Shown piece by piece: positions 9,567-18,552 of a stretch of 25,847 nt of DNA; position 1 is the first letter of the stretch; each line of letters starts with the position of its first letter. A program made the translations under genes and the position numbers. The notes under the pieces are model-generated. The model was given only the letters and a program-made list of their open reading frames with translations. It had not been told where the DNA came from and searched no databases. The stretch is from an uncultured Nitrososphaerota archaeon. GTDB lineage: Archaea; Asgardarchaeota; Njordarchaeia; Njordarchaeales; Njordarchaeaceae. The stretch covers positions 1 through 25,847 of the forward strand of contig CAZFGR010000022.1 of the NCBI GenBank assembly GCA_964518475.1, given 5' to 3'.

Positions 9567-10274
9567 GAAAAATTTGTTTTCTTTAAGCCAAAAGATATTA
9601 TTGTCCACGAATATGCTTTTTGCCTATGCACTAATAGAGATGGTTCGAAGAAAATCGTTAAAAATCAAATTCTAAACGAATTAGATAATAAACATCCCAA
9701 AATATACATTCGAGACGTAATATGTTGAGACGTTGCAAGATTATCTCGGAATATATTCTTATAACTTGTGGCAAGTAGATGGACATGGACGTATGGACTG
9801 GGGGAAGAAATGGTCTATTTTGATGAAGTATTAAAGGAAGTAGGGAACTTATATGCTACTTGTACGAATATGGACGTATGGAAAAAGCTTTTAGAAATAT
9901 TACATGACCAAAAGTACTTTGAGGCGCGCCTTACCCCCGAGGTTCAGTTCTTCGAGAAACTCTCAGAAAATATTCGTAACAAAGTTAAGAAGGTGGTCTT
10001 AAACGCCTGGCGGGCTGTTTTAGGCGAAAGTACTATATTGTCATCAAGTTCTTCTGAAGATTACAAAGCAGTTAAAGAATTTGGTGTTCACATTATTCGT
10101 GTCAATAGAGCATGGAGTAACTTCTTAAAACATATCGGGATCCCGACATCACGCGACATTATTTACGGAAATTTCTGTAAAGTAAATAAGAGGATAAGAA
10201 TGCCGACTCAAAATAAAGGAACGTCTTCTGAAATTATTTTTAAGGAGAGAATTCTGAAAGATTCTTGTTCATAG
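9567..10274 (+). pseudogene. 5'-truncated, doubly frameshifted gene remnant, possibly the C-terminal part of a GHKL-type ATPase
   Basis: An open frame with no start codon runs from just after the DUF499 stop (EKFVFFKPKD...HPKIYIRDV, to about 9719). It continues in the +1 frame (YVETLQDYLGIYSYNLWQVD, 9721 to about 9780) and returns to the original frame in the listed ORF 9768..10274 (MVYFDEVLKEVGNLYA...). Confidence 0.55.
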
Positions 10275-10396
10275 AAGTTCAAAAATGTAAAAAGTTTAGC
10301 AATGTCGAGGCATCTTTAAAAAGTATTTGAATTATCATCACGACGAAAATAAGATAAGGTGTATATGTACGGTATACGTAAATGGGGTAATACAAG

Positions 10397-11131
10397 ATGA
10401 GTACTGTAACATCACAACGACCAATAATAAAGGGAGTACTCAGGACAATAAATGTAGGTATTCAGCGTTATTTTTTGGGCTATACAAGAGATGAGGATAG
10501 AAAAAAGATATTAAGAAGTTTCCTTAAACGCAAACTATACACCTGTATTCGTACATCACAATACATCAATAGCGGTGGTCCTATTGACATTCAAGATTAC
10601 TGTGATCGTTATAATGAGTGTAAGATGGTAGGTGTCTACGAGACTGTTAAAAGATGGATAAACGATCTTCTACAAGGTTTGAGAAGACCTGGCTGGAGTC
10701 CGGGTCACTATCCCCCAACAGCTCCGGCCCCACCTATCGAAGCTATAGGAGCACTGGGTGAGGGAGTAGCGGGTTATATTATGGAAAATCACTTCAACTT
10801 TCGTTTACTTTATAGGCCAGTAAGATCAAGTCCAGACGCTATTCTTTTAAGGCAAGATCCGTACGAGATAGGACTAATGGAAGTAAAGACTACCGTCAAA
10901 TTTCCTTGGAATATTAGTAAAATACCGCGGTTAACGAATAACTTAACAAAAATTATCCTAGACGGTGCAATGACGCTGATTGATTTTTGGGCAAAAATAT
11001 ATCATATAACAGGCAATATACCCTATGCAGCTTATTCTATCGGCGTAGCAATAAAAAATATCATATGCGAAAATATTAATCAAGAAGTATTGCTTGTAGA
11101 AGTTGGTGTGATGAGGTTGGAACTGCAATGA
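10397..11131 (+). CDS. PD-(D/E)XK superfamily nuclease-like protein
   Basis: IGALGEGVA...SPDAILL...LMEVKTT supplies the E...PD...ExK catalytic pattern. Confidence 0.75.
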   Translation: MSTVTSQRPIIKGVLRTINVGIQRYFLGYTRDEDRKKILRSFLKRKLYTCIRTSQYINSGGPIDIQDYCDRYNECKMVGVYETVKRWINDLLQGLRRPGWSPGHYPPTAPAPPIEAIGALGEGVAGYIMENHFNFRLLYRPVRSSPDAILLRQDPYEIGLMEVKTTVKFPWNISKIPRLTNNLTKIILDGAMTLIDFWAKIYHITGNIPYAAYSIGVAIKNIICENINQEVLLVEVGVMRLELQ

Positions 11132-11595
11132 AATGGAGAATTAGAGGAGGTTGGACGGAACTAATCAGAAATGGACAATTAAGGGATGCTGTAGCTATTC
11201 TTACGAAAGATTATGTTACAGCTGTACTTGCAAATGATCGGTATCTAAGCAGTATCATATTTGAAGAGCTGTACAAGGCCTTATGTGAAAGTAAGAAAAT
11301 ATTGCCAGAAAAACCCGGCATTAATGTTTTTAAGATTTTAGAATTAATGAGAAACATGGTTGTAGAAGAAGTTTTTAGAAGAGGAGAGGATGTTGAGTTA
11401 ATTATAGAGGATTTTAAGCTAAATTCTGAGTTCTTATTGAAAAAGTATGCCGATAAAGAATTCAGAAAAATATTAAAAGAAGATCTGCTTAGAGATGCGT
11501 TTGATCTTGATGATGAAAAGTATAAAGAGAAAAGAGAAAGGGTTTTAAGAATATTAGAGGATCTGCTGGAAAAGGACTATTGTATACCTCCTTAA
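11128..11595 (+). CDS. Hypothetical charged alpha-helical protein coupled to the nuclease gene
   Basis: ATGA overlap with the upstream stop, GAGGT SD-like motif upstream, and 155 aa of E/K/L-rich helical sequence. Confidence 0.75.
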   Translation: MKWRIRGGWTELIRNGQLRDAVAILTKDYVTAVLANDRYLSSIIFEELYKALCESKKILPEKPGINVFKILELMRNMVVEEVFRRGEDVELIIEDFKLNSEFLLKKYADKEFRKILKEDLLRDAFDLDDEKYKEKRERVLRILEDLLEKDYCIPP

Positions 11596-11794
11596 AAGTG
11601 AAATTGTCAAATTTCCATAGATAAAATCTTAGAAAGATAAAAGATTCCAAATAAACGTGAAAGAATTTGCGCAAACAGTTGTTCCCGAGATGGAGGAGAT
11701 AGACTCAAATTAAGGATTTTTCGATTGCTCTTTTATTATTCTCTTGTCAGTAAATTATTAGCGCATTTGAGAGTTTCTGTAACAATATCTTTTT

Positions 11795-12034
11795 TCAACA
11801 GCATTCTTTCAAATCTTTATAAAGTCTCCCTTTATGTAACTCAAATTTGACATAATCCTTGATTTCCTTAATGTTATATTCTACTCTATGCTCTAGGAAG
11901 TCCCTATTTATGCCTTGAAGGATTGCCCTTCTGCACCTCTGTGCAGCATTTTTGCAAGTGACGGCCGCGTAAATCTTTCGCCTTTCTCGAGAAGGAGTTC
12001 CAGAAGCACTAGAATTAGAATTTATTGAAGGCAT
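11795..12034 (-). CDS. Short hypothetical ORF or gene fragment
   Basis: 79 aa ORF in an otherwise ORF-poor 800-nt gap. The C-terminal half looks protein-like, but no family is recognisable. Confidence 0.25.
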   Translation of the reverse strand: MPSINSNSSASGTPSRERRKIYAAVTCKNAAQRCRRAILQGINRDFLEHRVEYNIKEIKDYVKFELHKGRLYKDLKECC

Positions 12035-12423
12035 ATGGTTGGATTGTTTATTTTCTTTTGCATGCTATTAGTAATAGGAGCTACATAAATAGTAATATTT
12101 TTACATCATCAAAGCACCTCGAAGTGACTTTTTTTGAATGGGTATTAGACTCTAAAGATAATTCCTCATGATCGTCATATCGCTCAAAAATGTGCTCATA
12201 GTACGAATAAAATTGATAACGTCGATAAATAGGTTAGAGAGTTACATAATACAACCATAAAATCACGCGTAAATTCGACCGTACAGATCTTGGTAAGTTC
12301 TAACGGAGATAGACGATAGATGAGTTGGGGGTTAGTGAAAAGAAAGAAGAGGTTAAGTTAGTAAGGAGTTCAATATGATATTAAGACTCAAATTTAAATT
12401 ATCATAAGATGGAATGAAGCAAT

Positions 12424-13314
12424 ATGACAAAAACTACTATAGACGTGGTAATTTATCGTGATAAGAACTATCCATCATCGTGGATAGATGAAAAAGCAGG
12501 ATATCCGGATAAGATTGCTAAATTTCTGCAGGAAAGAGGCTTTGAAGTTGTAAATGCTGAAGAATTAAGAAAATTCATTGTTAAGAGCATCGAGGATGAA
12601 GATTCTCATAGAAAACTCGTCGTTTTTGCTCAGGATATAATTCCCGATACAATAGTTGAAGACGTTATCGACCCTTCGAATACAACTCTGAGAGAATTTT
12701 TGGACCAGGGTGGAAGCATCCTCTAGATAGGTGATATTCCTGCATTCTATATTGGACAAAAAGAAAAGGAAATTATTAATTCTTGGGAATATGGAGCTCC
12801 AGTATTTATGTTAGGTGTAGTTCCTGTATTTGCGAATTCTATAAAAACGGCTGTGAAAATTACTAGAGAGGGTAAAAAATTGGGCTTAAAACATAAATGG
12901 AGCGGCATTAGACCTATTCTTCCTGATGACGATGTTATATCCTTAGCCGAATCCGAGGCCATATTTGCACAGCCCTATATTAGGGATATCATTAAGAAGG
13001 ACGTAGTGGAACTTCTTAAGAGGCCTACTTATGAGAGAGCGATTAAAGAATTAGAAGGACGTATTCCATTGATTAAGCCTAAATTCGTAAAGGTTAAAGA
13101 AAAAGAACCTCCCGAGATAAGCTTTCAATATCTCCATGAGACGTTTATAAATGCTTGGTTCAAAAGTTATAATGAAGATTATTCGGATTCTGGTTTCTTC
13201 AGAATCTGGGATTTTGGTCCAAGGAACTTAACTATATGGATGTTAGACGAATTGTACGAAATCATAAACAACATTTGTAGGAGATTGATAAAGCAACGAA
13301 ATAAAATGAAGTAA
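12424..13314 (+). pseudogene. Single 296-codon gene interrupted by an in-frame TAG; class I glutamine amidotransferase-like (flavodoxin-like) fold suspected
   Basis: ORFs 12424..12726 and 12808..13314 share a frame, and TAG 12724-12726 is the only stop between them: ...LREFLDQGGSIL*IGDIPAFYIGQKEKEIINSWEYGAPVFMLGVV... The pattern LxxFxxxGGxxxxxG is typical of GATase1-like domains. A TATA-like TTTAAATT lies about 28 nt before the ATG. Confidence 0.8.
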
Positions 13315-13432
13315 TTTCTCTGCTGTGCGATTATATGCTGATCCCTAGAATTTCTTCTCTAACAATTTTATAATGTTACTAGTTTGTCGGAAATAAGGTA
13401 CTATAAAGTGAATTTATTGATGGAGACAGATC

Positions 13433-14419
13433 TTATTTGCATTTTTGCAAACTTATGAAGAAGATCAATGCTTCTGTGACTTTGTATAGAAACATTATTG
13501 GATCGTCATGAGGGTACGAAATGGATATGGGGAGGTCGCCCTTAGAGATGGCATCGATTATGGAGTTGTATTTTTCTTCGATGAAAGGTCCAACTATACT
13601 TTCTAGGAAACTGCCACGCAGATCATCTTCCATGCCGTGGGGATAAAGTAGTATGGTTTTTCTAAAAAGATGGTCGACGCTGAGAATTAGTGATATTTCG
13701 GAGAATATGCTAGGGGTATCTCGTTTAAATCCGATGAGTAGGGGAAGGATGTAATCGCATATCCATAGTAGTTTAATTTCGTTTTTCAGGTTTTGATCGA
13801 GTTTGTTCCATATGTGATGGAGGTGGGCGTCTTTCGCAAGATCGTATTCGTTTATACTTTGCATGCGTTCTAGTATTTTCTTTTTACAATGGTTATAGTG
13901 ATGGGGTAAGTTATTTGGGTAATCTTCTGGAAAGATCGCGTACATTCCGATTTTATTAAGAAAGTTTTTTAATAGTCTTCTGAATGAAGCTTCTGGGAGT
14001 CTTTTTGGATTTGGGCCCAGTATTATTACTATTATGTTTTTTCTGGATATTTTGCGAAGCGTGTTAGGGGTGGGATTGTATAGAATATTTACTATGCGGT
14101 AATCGTATTTGGGATCCACGATAATATTATAAGTGTCATCAGATATATGCTCGATTAGGCCGTTTTTGAGGAGTTCCTTAATATGATTTCTTATTTGTTC
14201 TTTAACCGTCATATCCACACGTTTTTTACATTCCTCGGTGTCCGATCCTTTTTCTTCGAGACACTCCTCGTAAAGGAGGTCATAAGGGATTATTCTTTTG
14301 AAGAATTCGAGAATTTCATCGACAGAAATTGTTGTATTAGATTCTGTTTGCGATCTGGATTTCACAATTTTTAAGAATTTCATTATGTGCTTAACGCAAT
14401 TTGAGGATAGAATTTGCAT
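13433..14419 (-). CDS. Hypothetical protein with a probable N-terminal winged-helix region and a C-terminal nucleoside-deoxyribosyltransferase-like (retron Ec86/St85 effector-like) domain
   Basis: IKELLKNGLIEHISDDTYNI resembles a wHTH wing. IIILGP...RRLLKNFL...AIFPED...NEIKLL..CDYI...PSIFSEIS...RKTILL...SFLESIVGP follows the NDT-like effector pattern. The start could be ATG 14383. Confidence 0.6.
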   Translation of the reverse strand: MQILSSNCVKHIMKFLKIVKSRSQTESNTTISVDEILEFFKRIIPYDLLYEECLEEKGSDTEECKKRVDMTVKEQIRNHIKELLKNGLIEHISDDTYNIIVDPKYDYRIVNILYNPTPNTLRKISRKNIIVIILGPNPKRLPEASFRRLLKNFLNKIGMYAIFPEDYPNNLPHHYNHCKKKILERMQSINEYDLAKDAHLHHIWNKLDQNLKNEIKLLWICDYILPLLIGFKRDTPSIFSEISLILSVDHLFRKTILLYPHGMEDDLRGSFLESIVGPFIEEKYNSIIDAISKGDLPISISYPHDDPIMFLYKVTEALIFFISLQKCK

Positions 14420-14550
14420 GAGAGTGCACCGGTTAATTATAGTGAATTACGTTAAGGTGTTATGTGGTGGCCGTATTTTTTACTAGGGGTCATTTCTGAC
14501 ATTATTTATTATAAAAAGTTTACGAGATGGGCTTATGACAAGATACAAAA

Positions 14551-14600
14551 TTTTTATATGTGTATAAAACTCAAATATATTTGAGTCAAATGAAATTGAC
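14551..14600 (+). promoter_or_regulatory. TATA box plus tandem palindromic operator upstream of the ArsR-type regulator
   Basis: TTTTTATAT at 14551-14559, a perfect 18-bp palindrome ACTCAAATATATTTGAGT at 14569-14586, and a second TCAA-N6-TTGA copy at 14586-14599. Confidence 0.7.
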
Positions 14601-14623
14601 AAATGCTTGGTGGGGGTGATCTG

Positions 14624-14932
14624 GTGAAGAAGTACACGTCTGAGGATGTTTTTGAAGTAATAGAAACTGTTATGAATGATATTAGGAGGAGCATCTTGAA
14701 GCATCTTAGCAAAGTTAAAAAAATGAAATTTAGCGATATTCTAGGCGCGTTGGAGGAGGAGTTTGGATCTGATAGAGTAAAAAGCAACACGTTAGCGTAT
14801 CATCTGAAAATAATGTTGGAGGTCGGACTTCTCAAAAATGAGAGAGTGAGAAGGGAAAGTTACTATTCATTAAGTGAACGGGGAGAAAAGCTCCTAAGAG
14901 CAATAGAGAGGCTTGAGAAGTCCCTGCTCTAG
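14624..14932 (+). CDS. ArsR/SmtB-like winged helix-turn-helix transcriptional regulator
   Basis: NDIRRSILKHL...KFSDI...SNTLAYHLKIMLEVGLL...YYSLSERGEKL is a classic archaeal ArsR-type wHTH. SD GGGGGTGAT favours GTG 14624 over ATG 14603. Confidence 0.88.
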   Translation: MKKYTSEDVFEVIETVMNDIRRSILKHLSKVKKMKFSDILGALEEEFGSDRVKSNTLAYHLKIMLEVGLLKNERVRRESYYSLSERGEKLLRAIERLEKSLL

Positions 14933-15161
14933 ATTTGTTATAAACTAAACGATGATGATTTTCTTATAATTAGAAGGTGAAAGCGTTACTTATCTGGTAA
15001 CCAAAAATTCTGTATGGACAGTTGCGGTAGCGGTATTTGGTGGAGTGAAAATGGAGATTGGAGAGGGGGACCGAATGCTGGCTACAATCTCCTAAGATTG
15101 CGAATTACTGTCTTCACGTTTCTTCATGTGATACTAAAGCACGATTAAAATCTTAATAGAG

Positions 15162-16055
15162 TTAAGTAGAATCTTGCTCTTTGTATTGCACTCTTCCGGT
15201 TTTTATTTTATTAGCTATATACGTACTAATGGCTATAGTAAGTTCCTTAGCCAGAATTGCTTCATCCATTCCACCTGATGTTCTGTAATGTTCTCCGAAA
15301 TTACTAAGAAGGCCATATACTTTTGAGAGACAATCTCTTAATCCTTCGGCTCTACTTTCAATACCATCTATACTCTTTATTTCTTTTAGATGCGTCTTTA
15401 AACCTTCAATTGCCTTTCTAAAGAATTTTATAGCTCCCTCGAAATCTCTCTCGTTCAGTCTTCTCAATCCCTCAGAAATCTCAGAGGAGCAGTCTTCTAA
15501 CCCGACTTCAGACAATAAAGGGACGACTTTATACGTCTTAGAAATTCTCTTGATGTTCTCAATTTCGTCTAAGATTTTCCTTTTTAGATTGTCCGGCACT
15601 TTCAGATCGAGTTTTGTTTCATTAGGGTAGATCGTATACTTTCGGTTATCTATGACGAAATTCAGAAAGATCAGTTCAACATAATATCCTAATGGAATGC
15701 CATATTCTTCTAGTGCCACGTTCTCTAAATCAATATAGTAGGAGTCTCCAATTCTTTCTACGTAGAACCTATACACCTTATCGACTTCACGAATTAAGTT
15801 TCCCTCCTCGTTGTAAAATCTTCTAATACAGACATCGATACCGATTTTGGGGCGGTGTGTAGGGAAAAGAGAGGTGCTGGGAATTGAAAGATGTCCTGAG
15901 AGAGGAAGTTCTAAGGATGGACCGACTGAGAGTTTTAATGCCGAGAAAATGTTCTCGACGGAGAAAACTCTTCTGTAATCGTTATATAACTTATCCAATT
16001 GGATGCGGTAATCATTTTGTAATTTTTTGACAGAAATAAGAGGCACAACATTCAC
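15162..16055 (-). CDS. Hypothetical protein with a beta-rich N-terminal domain and a C-terminal HEPN-like (Abi_C/DUF4145-like) helical domain
   Basis: EGLRRLNERDFEGAIKFFRKAIEG...YGLLSNFGEH...DEAILAKELT matches the Abi_C-like pattern, with SxxxxH in place of RxxxxH. SD GGAGAGGTGA; the start is GTG 16055 or 16046. Confidence 0.65.
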   Translation of the reverse strand: MNVVPLISVKKLQNDYRIQLDKLYNDYRRVFSVENIFSALKLSVGPSLELPLSGHLSIPSTSLFPTHRPKIGIDVCIRRFYNEEGNLIREVDKVYRFYVERIGDSYYIDLENVALEEYGIPLGYYVELIFLNFVIDNRKYTIYPNETKLDLKVPDNLKRKILDEIENIKRISKTYKVVPLLSEVGLEDCSSEISEGLRRLNERDFEGAIKFFRKAIEGLKTHLKEIKSIDGIESRAEGLRDCLSKVYGLLSNFGEHYRTSGGMDEAILAKELTIAISTYIANKIKTGRVQYKEQDST

Positions 16056-16063
16056 CTCTCCTT

Positions 16064-16744
16064 TTAGGTATACATGATAATAGCATTTTCATGAGCCTCT
16101 TTCTCCAATTGTTTGGCTCTTTCTGGGCCGTATTTTACTTCCGCTACAGCAAGCAATATCTCTTTCTTAAGTTGGCGTTCCTTCATAGGATCAAGTTCAC
16201 ATAGGTTCTTGACATATGCTATCAGGCTGTTTACTGTTCTTTTAAAGGCCTTTAGAGTATATTTGAGGAGTCTTTCCGAGAATGTGAATCCTCTTCTTGT
16301 TTTTAGTTTTTCATAGGCTTCTTCGCAACCAAACTCCTTCAATAATTCTCTTATTTTTAATGTTAATTCTCGCCTCTTCTTATTGTAATCATTCATGTTG
16401 TAGGGTTCTTTACCCACCTGTTCGAATAAATATTCGATCTCTATGTCCATCCTCAACTCCTCTCGGACATCTTTTATCATTTTGATAAAAGCGTCTGCTG
16501 CATTTTTTATATCTTCAAATAGCATGATCAATCTAGAGAGGGGTACTCCTGAAGAGACCATCATCCCAATAGCCTGCCTTATAGCTTTCTCCGTAGCCCT
16601 TTCTGGACTATCGCCCTGCATTATCCAGTATCTTCTTAATCTAATCGCCGATATGAGTGCGGATTCCGCATATCTATCCAATATTTCCGAAATTGGAGGT
16701 AAGCGTCCTGGCCATCCATGAGTTCTTCTTTTACTAACACCCAT
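16064..16744 (-). CDS. Hypothetical all-helical protein, first gene of a two-gene operon
   Basis: 226 aa ORF with a GGGGA SD and a TTTTTATATA box upstream. It ends 8 nt before the next gene. Confidence 0.8.
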   Translation of the reverse strand: MGVSKRRTHGWPGRLPPISEILDRYAESALISAIRLRRYWIMQGDSPERATEKAIRQAIGMMVSSGVPLSRLIMLFEDIKNAADAFIKMIKDVREELRMDIEIEYLFEQVGKEPYNMNDYNKKRRELTLKIRELLKEFGCEEAYEKLKTRRGFTFSERLLKYTLKAFKRTVNSLIAYVKNLCELDPMKERQLKKEILLAVAEVKYGPERAKQLEKEAHENAIIMYT

Positions 16745-17158
16745 AACCTATGTCCCCTATACCACTATAAATTGACTATATAAAAATGTTATGGTTTGTG
16801 TCAGTGTTCTGCTTTCAATTATCATATTTTATCGTATTTATTATACAAATTACTATTAGCACATAACCGTAAAAAGGCGATATAATTGACTATCATATCA
16901 GATTTTCATCGAATACGTGAATCATATCGGCTAACTAGTTTTAATTCACCACTCTTACCACGACAAATTCCTAAAAAATAGTTAAATGATGATATCCTCG
17001 AAGAATCAACTTTAGTGAAGTTAAGTGGTCTGCAGATGCTTGCCTTAAATATGTCGCCTTTAAAGACCTTAAAAGTCAAAGGCTAGTAGTATCACTCACT
17101 TTTGTTGATAAAATTAAAAATGCAAGTCGGTATTTTTAACTAGGTAAGGGGATGAAGG

Positions 17159-18520
17159 ATGAGCACGCGGGTGGATTATCTGTTCATAGAGAATGCCCTT
17201 AGAGATACATGGATGGATTTTCGAAGTGCACCGGAGTATAATACATTCTCACGAAAGATTAATGAGTTGAGGAGGAAGTATCCTGATCTTAAACTATTTT
17301 TAGTTATAGGAGGGAGCTATTCTGAGCGGATGATGACTCCGCATAGCGATATAGAGTTCTGGTTATTCGTATTTTCTGAGCGAATGAAAAGTCTTGAGGG
17401 TTATAAAGATTTAAACCGTATTTTTAAGAAAATGATAGCTGATCCGTTTATTCGGAAAGTTCAGACACGATATCCGGATATGAAGTTATGTATGCATTCT
17501 GTGAAATCATTTGCTTATTATACTGAAGGTGCACTTAGAATAAAAGATTATAAGAGGCGTAAGAGAAGAATTAGTGGAGGTTTAACTGTCATAACTTTCG
17601 GTAGAGTGGTGGAGGTTCCTAAAGAACCATTATTGGGCTCGACTAGAGAGTTCTTGGAAGTGAGGCGTAAGTTTAAGGAATTCTGGGAGGCTCATGGAGA
17701 AAAGTTGTATGAAATCTACGGACTTGACAAAATATCTAATAGTTTAGAAAGAGCACTACGTAATTTAAGACAATACAAGGGAAAATCTCTTTATAGAGTT
17801 GTACAACTTGCTGTTAGAACAATATGTGAAGCCTATGGCATGCCTGAAAAGGTATCGAAGCAGCTAGATCTTAAGGAAAAATTAATTGGCTGGTGTGGAC
17901 GTCCTAGGTTCGCGAGGCACCAGTTAGTCGAGTTAATCGATATGATTGATCATTTAAGGCATACTGGTAAGAGAGTTAGTGAACTAGGTGAAGATTTTCA
18001 GAGAAAATTGCAGCAAAAGCTCGAATTATTCAAGGAAAACCTTTATGAACCATTTAAAAAGTGGTACCATTTGCGATCGGCGCTAATAAATATCTTTGAA
18101 AAGCAAAACATTAAAGTACAGTACATTGGTTTTGCCAAGACACATATTTACATAATTTTTCGAGATAACATGTTTTCTCACATAAAAGGTGTAGATATTG
18201 AGCAAGAAAATGACGATTTGGTATTTCTTGCTAATATAGGTCGGCCTAAGAACAAGAAGGTCTTAAGCGAAGTACTAAGGTATAAGCATATCTATCCCGT
18301 ATTTACGGAAATAAGAGACGAATACGAGGAGGTATTTCATAAAGAGTTAGTAAATTTGAGTGAATACAAGTTTTGGAGTCGTATACACCTATTGATTGCC
18401 AGATACTCTGTAACTGAAATTGCTAACGAGGACGAGAGACTTTCGAACCAATTATTCAACAAATTGAAAGAGATAGACAATATTATCGAAGAGTTGAGTA
18501 AGGTCAGCAGTAATGAGTAA
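17159..18520 (+). CDS. Pol-beta superfamily nucleotidyltransferase-domain protein with additional helical and C-terminal alpha/beta domains
   Basis: LVIGGSYSERMMTPHSDIEFWLF gives the hG[GS]-x-DhE NTase signature. 453 aa, with an AGGGGATGA SD-like motif upstream. Confidence 0.75.
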   Translation: MSTRVDYLFIENALRDTWMDFRSAPEYNTFSRKINELRRKYPDLKLFLVIGGSYSERMMTPHSDIEFWLFVFSERMKSLEGYKDLNRIFKKMIADPFIRKVQTRYPDMKLCMHSVKSFAYYTEGALRIKDYKRRKRRISGGLTVITFGRVVEVPKEPLLGSTREFLEVRRKFKEFWEAHGEKLYEIYGLDKISNSLERALRNLRQYKGKSLYRVVQLAVRTICEAYGMPEKVSKQLDLKEKLIGWCGRPRFARHQLVELIDMIDHLRHTGKRVSELGEDFQRKLQQKLELFKENLYEPFKKWYHLRSALINIFEKQNIKVQYIGFAKTHIYIIFRDNMFSHIKGVDIEQENDDLVFLANIGRPKNKKVLSEVLRYKHIYPVFTEIRDEYEEVFHKELVNLSEYKFWSRIHLLIARYSVTEIANEDERLSNQLFNKLKEIDNIIEELSKVSSNE

Positions 18521-18552
18521 ACGTTTTATCTCCAAAAAATGCCATCAAGCAA

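Noticed and set aside
12724-12726. Pyrrolysine or recoded TAG as the main explanation for the amber codon
   Set aside because: A single transition from TGG explains it, TAG appears to terminate the ArsR-type gene, and no pyl genes are in view.
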